Virus record (IMG/VR): IMGVR_UViG_3300027759_000182
Coordinates: 1 to 39,639 of that record
Source: a virus
Lineage: Duplodnaviria; Caudoviricetes
DNA: 39,639 bases
Reading direction: 5' to 3' (one strand)
Shown here: in pieces, positions 35,409 to 39,639 of the stretch
How the letters are laid out: each line of letters starts with the position of its first letter
How positions within the stretch are numbered: the first letter of the stretch is position 1
Translations under genes and position numbers: made by a program
Notes under the pieces: generated by a model
What the model was told of the DNA's origin: nothing
Databases searched by the model: none
Seen by the model: the letters and a program-made list of their open reading frames with translations, nothing else

Positions 35409-37879
35409 TATCTCGCTCTAGCAATTTTGAAAGGGTTCTCTGCAAAACAAGCGTATATGTAAGTATCGCCAGTTTTGTTTGTTGCTGTAGCACTAGCTCT
35501 TGGTTTAAATCCATTAGAAATAATGTCAATATCACCGCCAGTTAATTCTGCACTAGTTAAATTTGCATTTAATACTGTGTTTGCGACATTGTATGTGTTT
35601 CTTGCAGTATCAAAAATGTACCAATCTGTTGTGCCATTGCTAATATTCTTAATAAGAATGTATTTAGGTCTAAACCCTGTATAGATAAAAGGACCATCAG
35701 AAGATGAATTTCCAGCGTAGCTACCAAATGAACTAAATCCAGCTACAGGAGACCAACAGTAGGCTACAAGCGTTGCTCCTGATGTGCTTGTTAAAGAACC
35801 ACCACCGATGTTTACTACTGTGCTTGTTGGTGCGGAGGTAAATATAGTAGTACCGCCATCAGTTCTTTTTGCACCAGTTGAATCTAATATCAACCAATCC
35901 GAAGCCCAGTTCCATCCAGCTACATCAATACCAACCACCCAATTAGAACCAGCTTGATTGCGTTGTTTAATAATAATCATTTTTGGTGCAACACCAAGAC
36001 CATGACCAAAACTACCAGCACTATTAGAACCATTATAAGTGGCAATACTAAATCCAGAGGTTGTATTTACAGAAACAGTAGAAGTAATTGTGCCATTAGT
36101 ATTGGATGAAGTTACACCCTGACCAGCTTGCCATTGCCATCCCACATAGGTTTCACCAGTATTATTAACTGCAATATTCGTGCTTACATTAAATCCATTA
36201 GAATTAAATGCCGTTAATGTATCTGTTTCATTTTGTTCTGCCGCAGTAGTATTACTACGCATATAATTATAAACACCAGCAATTGAATTAAATAACATAC
36301 TGCCTCTAGCAGTATTTCTGTCTTTAATCCATACAAAATCAGGTTTAAATCCACCAGCGTTAGTAACTGTTTGAGTTGAGCTATTACCGCTATATAAAGT
36401 AGCATCCATCACCTTATTACCAGCAGGGATAGTCGGTACTGGCAAGTTGTATGTATTGAGCCTGTTAAACCCTGTTGGTGGGGTGTATACGAATGGTTGT
36501 TGACCGCAATTTAAGGCAACGCTACTACCATTATAGTAACTATCAACAAACAATGTATGTGGTGTATTAAGGTCAATATAGCCAGACAATGATGTTAGTA
36601 ATGTGTTGTTTTGATAGATATAAACAATATTGTTAACCATGTCCATAGCAACACCAATGACATCATTGCTTGCAAAAGTACCTAGAGCACCAGTGCCAAG
36701 ATTGGTGCCGTACACATTCCAGCCACTATTAGTATTGAAGAATAATGTATTTGGGCCACCAGCTGATACCCACGGGCCGTTAGCTACTTGGGTTTGTTTA
36801 GATATACCAATACCTAAACCAGCACTTTGATTGATAGCACTGACCGTTAATTCCCAATAAAACTTTCCAGTTGGGGTGCACAGTGTGCCAATATTAAATC
36901 TGTCTGCATTGCCAGACATAGTAAGTAACAAATTGCCATTTGAGTAAGCAACAGAACCAGCGTTATAAACTACTGGGTTAAATGTGCAATAGTTAGCAAT
37001 AGTAGAACTTGCATTAGACGGTGAGTCCAGCATTGAATCGTATGTAGTACCAGCGGTTAAGCTAATGTTGTTTACTGTCCAAGTATTACCGTTCCCGCTT
37101 GAATCAGTACCTAAAGTGCTTGTGCTGGTTGTATCTGTAAATTTTAAATAAAAACCATTAGTACCATAAGTGCCAGCGTAAGGAATAGATTGCCAGATAC
37201 CGTTGGCATCAGTTGTTCCAAATGAGGAGGGGGTAAGCTGAACTCCGTCAACAAAGTTAACTTCGCCTAGGTAGCCATCAAAGTAGTCAGTATTTCCTGC
37301 TGTGTAATATAACGAGCCAATAGAATGAATATTTGAGCTATTAATATATAAATCTGCATTTTGACTTGGGTAATTTGCAGTAGCAAAAGATGTTTGTTGA
37401 ACACCATTTACATAGAATTTTATTCTGTTACTAGCTGTTGCTTGTGTTGTATCTATTGCAACTACAATATGGTACCAAGCGGATGGGTCACGATAAAGCG
37501 CTGTTGTAACAAGTTGCTCATTTCCTGTTGCATTATAAAAATTTAAAGCATTATTAGAAAAATAAATTTGACCATAATTAGAACCACTTGTTCCACCGCC
37601 AAACAAAGTTCCTGAACTTCCAATATTTGACCTTTTAACCCATCCACTCCAAGTCCAAGTTTTACGATTAGTTGCACTAGCTGGAGTACGGCTTAAATAA
37701 GCAGTAGCACTACTTCTAAACCTTAAAGATTTAAGAATAGGAGTTTGAGCAGCTGCGGGCCAGACACCCTGACCTTGATACTGTAGCTCTTGTGAGAGCG
37801 TGTATACCCCGTTAGCACCTTGTTGAGTTACAGTCGGTGCAGTTCCTGAGAGTATCCCACCTTCATATCTATCTGACAT
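35408..37879 (-). CDS. Tail fibre/receptor-binding protein with LamG and SPRY-like domains, paralogue 1
   Basis: Same motif order as 32844-35408; GKFYWE SPRY-like motif. Confidence 0.85.
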   Translation of the reverse strand: MSDRYEGGILSGTAPTVTQQGANGVYTLSQELQYQGQGVWPAAAQTPILKSLRFRSSATAYLSRTPASATNRKTWTWSGWVKRSNIGSSGTLFGGGTSGSNYGQIYFSNNALNFYNATGNEQLVTTALYRDPSAWYHIVVAIDTTQATASNRIKFYVNGVQQTSFATANYPSQNADLYINSSNIHSIGSLYYTAGNTDYFDGYLGEVNFVDGVQLTPSSFGTTDANGIWQSIPYAGTYGTNGFYLKFTDTTSTSTLGTDSSGNGNTWTVNNISLTAGTTYDSMLDSPSNASSTIANYCTFNPVVYNAGSVAYSNGNLLLTMSGNADRFNIGTLCTPTGKFYWELTVSAINQSAGLGIGISKQTQVANGPWVSAGGPNTLFFNTNSGWNVYGTNLGTGALGTFASNDVIGVAMDMVNNIVYIYQNNTLLTSLSGYIDLNTPHTLFVDSYYNGSSVALNCGQQPFVYTPPTGFNRLNTYNLPVPTIPAGNKVMDATLYSGNSSTQTVTNAGGFKPDFVWIKDRNTARGSMLFNSIAGVYNYMRSNTTAAEQNETDTLTAFNSNGFNVSTNIAVNNTGETYVGWQWQAGQGVTSSNTNGTITSTVSVNTTSGFSIATYNGSNSAGSFGHGLGVAPKMIIIKQRNQAGSNWVVGIDVAGWNWASDWLILDSTGAKRTDGGTTIFTSAPTSTVVNIGGGSLTSTSGATLVAYCWSPVAGFSSFGSYAGNSSSDGPFIYTGFRPKYILIKNISNGTTDWYIFDTARNTYNVANTVLNANLTSAELTGGDIDIISNGFKPRASATATNKTGDTYIYACFAENPFKIARAR

Positions 37880-37888
37880 TCAAGCCTC

Positions 37889-38263
37889 TTAGCTAATGTT
37901 TTCGTAGGACAGGACGGCTTCTAAGTAGTTAGCTGTTCCCGCTGTAATCACTACGGATTGGTTCTCCATTAAATAAAACGCAGTTGACTTATCGGTCACA
38001 ATCAATGACGCACCAGCAGGTACAGATATTTGATATGCTAAATCGTAGGCTGTACCACCACCAGCAGCGGCTGAGTTAACAGAAACCGTTACAGTAGCAG
38101 CGGTTGAACCGTTGACATTAGAAACCACAATGTTGTTTACCTTGTATACCAAGCCGCTAGAAGCAGCGTTTGATAGGAAAGTGGTTGCACTAGTGGTAGA
38201 TAGAGCAACATACGTGGTATTACCGTAAATTGCTGTGACGTTGACTATATTTGGATTTGCCAA
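37889..38263 (-). CDS. Small beta-rich virion structural protein (TTG start)
   Basis: TAAGGAG RBS before TTG; ANPNIV..IVVSNVNG..ISVPAGASL..SYE. Confidence 0.8.
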   Translation of the reverse strand: MANPNIVNVTAIYGNTTYVALSTTSATTFLSNAASSGLVYKVNNIVVSNVNGSTAATVTVSVNSAAAGGGTAYDLAYQISVPAGASLIVTDKSTAFYLMENQSVVITAGTANYLEAVLSYENIS

Positions 38264-38295
38264 GATGTACTCCTTAAATGTTGTTTACTATGCTA

Positions 38296-39027
38296 TTAGC
38301 CACCAAAAATCATTGCCATAGCGATTGCCTTACCTGTTGAAATTCCCGCTGAACCAAAAGACAAAGTTCCTGAGCCGTTTGTTACTAAAGCCTGACCATT
38401 GGTTCCATCTGCTGACGGTAAGGTAAAAGTAACGTTAGAAGCAATAGTGTCTGCTGCTTTTAAAGCTGTATAGTTAGTGCCGTTATCGGTATCTTCATAC
38501 AACTTAATATTAGCCCCAGCTGCTGATGTACCAGCCACATCCATTTGAGTAATACCAGAAATCGTACCGCCAGTAATTACTGCGGAAGGAGTAGCTAAAG
38601 CTGTTAAATAATTTGTTGCATCAACAACGTTTGTACCGTTATTAAACACAAACATAGTCTTACCAGCAGGGACGGCAATGCCTGTACCTGTGGTGTTTTT
38701 AATCGTTTTAGTGCCAGTAGTGGTGTTATTTACTAGGTACAACTTCTCAATTTGGCATCCAGAACCAAGGATTACATTACCAGCGTAGCCTATTCCAGCA
38801 CCAGATTCGGTGAGGTTTAAACGCAGATTACGGGCTGTTTGAGTAGCATTGGTGTCTGTAAGAGTAAGAGTTACATCTGCGGCACTTGAAAATAGTGCAT
38901 CAGCAGAACCTGTAATAGCCTCTTGGATTGCAGTTCCAATATTGGTATCCGTGGTAATACCCCAAGTACCAGCTTGCTCACCTGTGGTTATCAGCTCAAA
39001 TTTTAATTCACTATACGTGGATGCCAT
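38296..39027 (-). CDS. Tail fibre-like structural protein
   Basis: MASTYS..GEQAGTWG..TN N-terminus; TLPSADGTNGQAL.T.GSGTLSF fibre motif; GKAIAMAMIFG end. Confidence 0.8.
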   Translation of the reverse strand: MASTYSELKFELITTGEQAGTWGITTDTNIGTAIQEAITGSADALFSSAADVTLTLTDTNATQTARNLRLNLTESGAGIGYAGNVILGSGCQIEKLYLVNNTTTGTKTIKNTTGTGIAVPAGKTMFVFNNGTNVVDATNYLTALATPSAVITGGTISGITQMDVAGTSAAGANIKLYEDTDNGTNYTALKAADTIASNVTFTLPSADGTNGQALVTNGSGTLSFGSAGISTGKAIAMAMIFGG

Positions 39028-39037
39028 GTTTTATCCT

Positions 39038-39639
39038 TTATGCTGCTATTTCTACCCAATTAGGGCTTTGTGTGTCAATAATATCACTCCAGACGGGTGT
39101 TTGCGAGTCATTTATGCCAGTCCAGTTTGCGGTCTGATTATCTGGAATTACCTGCCAAATTATGACTTGTCCAACCTGTCCTGTTGCACTTACACCCGTA
39201 ACACTTACATCTACTCCAATACGTACAAGAACCGTTCCTAAACTAGCCGTAACTTGGAATCCTGTAACGCTAATATTCTGTCCAGCTTGAACGTTAACTG
39301 GGTTAACTACACCCGTTGCTTCTACTCCAGTTACACTTACCGCAGCTCCAGCTGTTGTAGTTACAGAACCTACGCTTACTGTGGCTAAAACACCTGTTAC
39401 AGAAACGTTAGTACCTTCTTGTACCGTTACGCTTCCTACACTACCTGTAGCGCTTAATCCAGAAACAGGAGCATTTGCAGCTGCTTCTACGCTTACTGAA
39501 CCTACACTTACTGTTCCCGCTACACCAGTAACGCTAAACGATGCATTACCCGTTACAGATGCACTTCCAATACTTCCTGTGGCGCTAACTCCCGTAACAC
39601 TTATAGCAGTTACCGTTGTGACGGTGACAGATCCTACGC
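39038..39639 (-). CDS. Partial (5'-truncated) V/S/T/G-rich repeat structural protein
   Basis: Open frame to the window edge with ~22-aa VSVTGVSATGSVGSV repeats and C-terminal W..I.D.QT repeats ending WVEIAA; not in the ORF track. Confidence 0.85.
   Translation of the reverse strand, partial: VGSVTVTTVTAISVTGVSATGSIGSASVTGNASFSVTGVAGTVSVGSVSVEAAANAPVSGLSATGSVGSVTVQEGTNVSVTGVLATVSVGSVTTTAGAAVSVTGVEATGVVNPVNVQAGQNISVTGFQVTASLGTVLVRIGVDVSVTGVSATGQVGQVIIWQVIPDNQTANWTGINDSQTPVWSDIIDTQSPNWVEIAA

Larger units (their letters stand above)
1..39639. mobile_element. Tailed dsDNA bacteriophage genome fragment (podovirus-like Caudoviricetes); host probably Proteobacteria (inference)
   Basis: Primase-helicase, ERF, RusA, MTase, holin/GH19 endolysin, internal virion proteins with SLT, tail fibre-like proteins and dense overlapping small ORFs; no host housekeeping genes. 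Confidence 0.97.

Noticed and set aside
32844-37879. Diversity-generating retroelement or invertible fibre cassette
   Set aside because: No reverse transcriptase, invertase or adenine-specific TR/VR pair is visible; the copies are full-length diverged paralogues in the same orientation.
38849-39241. 130-aa + strand ORF
   Set aside because: It lies antisense to two real structural genes, including the unlisted partial ORF at 39038-39639.
1-39639. tRNA/rRNA genes, integrase/att site, alternative genetic code
   Set aside because: No cloverleaf or integrase motifs were seen by eye, and long ORFs tile the window under the standard code with TAA, TGA and TAG stops.

Overview
This window is a 39.6 kb fragment of a tailed dsDNA bacteriophage with a podovirus-like layout. 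It has large ejected internal-virion proteins and a tail-nozzle-like protein, and no tape measure, integrase, polymerase, terminase, capsid or tRNA gene is visible. Layout: small, often acidic early genes (+, 1-2018); a T7 gp4/Twinkle-like primase-helicase broken by a frameshift, a small HNH gene and a RusA-like resolvase (-, 2185-5111), separated by a hairpin-rich non-coding block (4169-4753); a long rightward recombination/accessory operon (5165-13438) with a PD-(D/E)XK exonuclease, ERF, an SSB-like protein, a DNA MTase, DUF3310, a Ref-like nuclease and many tiny overlapping ORFs; a palindrome-dense AT-rich junction (13440-13705); and a leftward late region with SprT-like and metallophosphoesterase genes, a 2790-aa polyvalent protein, SLT and other internal virion proteins, a tail protein, a GH19 endolysin/HNH/holin cassette and two paralogous LamG/SPRY fibre proteins. 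The strongest unexplained signals are: (1) an extended RBS motif, GGAGGCTT(A), in front of at least 6 genes, together with a candidate ~80-nt small RNA (4674-4753) that carries its exact complement, suggesting a phage sRNA translational regulon; (2) at least 29 copies of the palindrome GTTTAAAC where about 1 is expected; (3) a modular polyvalent protein carrying peptidase, glycosylase-like, ADP-ribosyltransferase and nuclease-like domains separated by [KR][FYL]S linkers; (4) boundary repeats that could shuffle small gene cassettes; (5) a PhaR-box-like promoter in front of a small amphipathic protein. All calls come from reading motifs by eye; no database searches were run.
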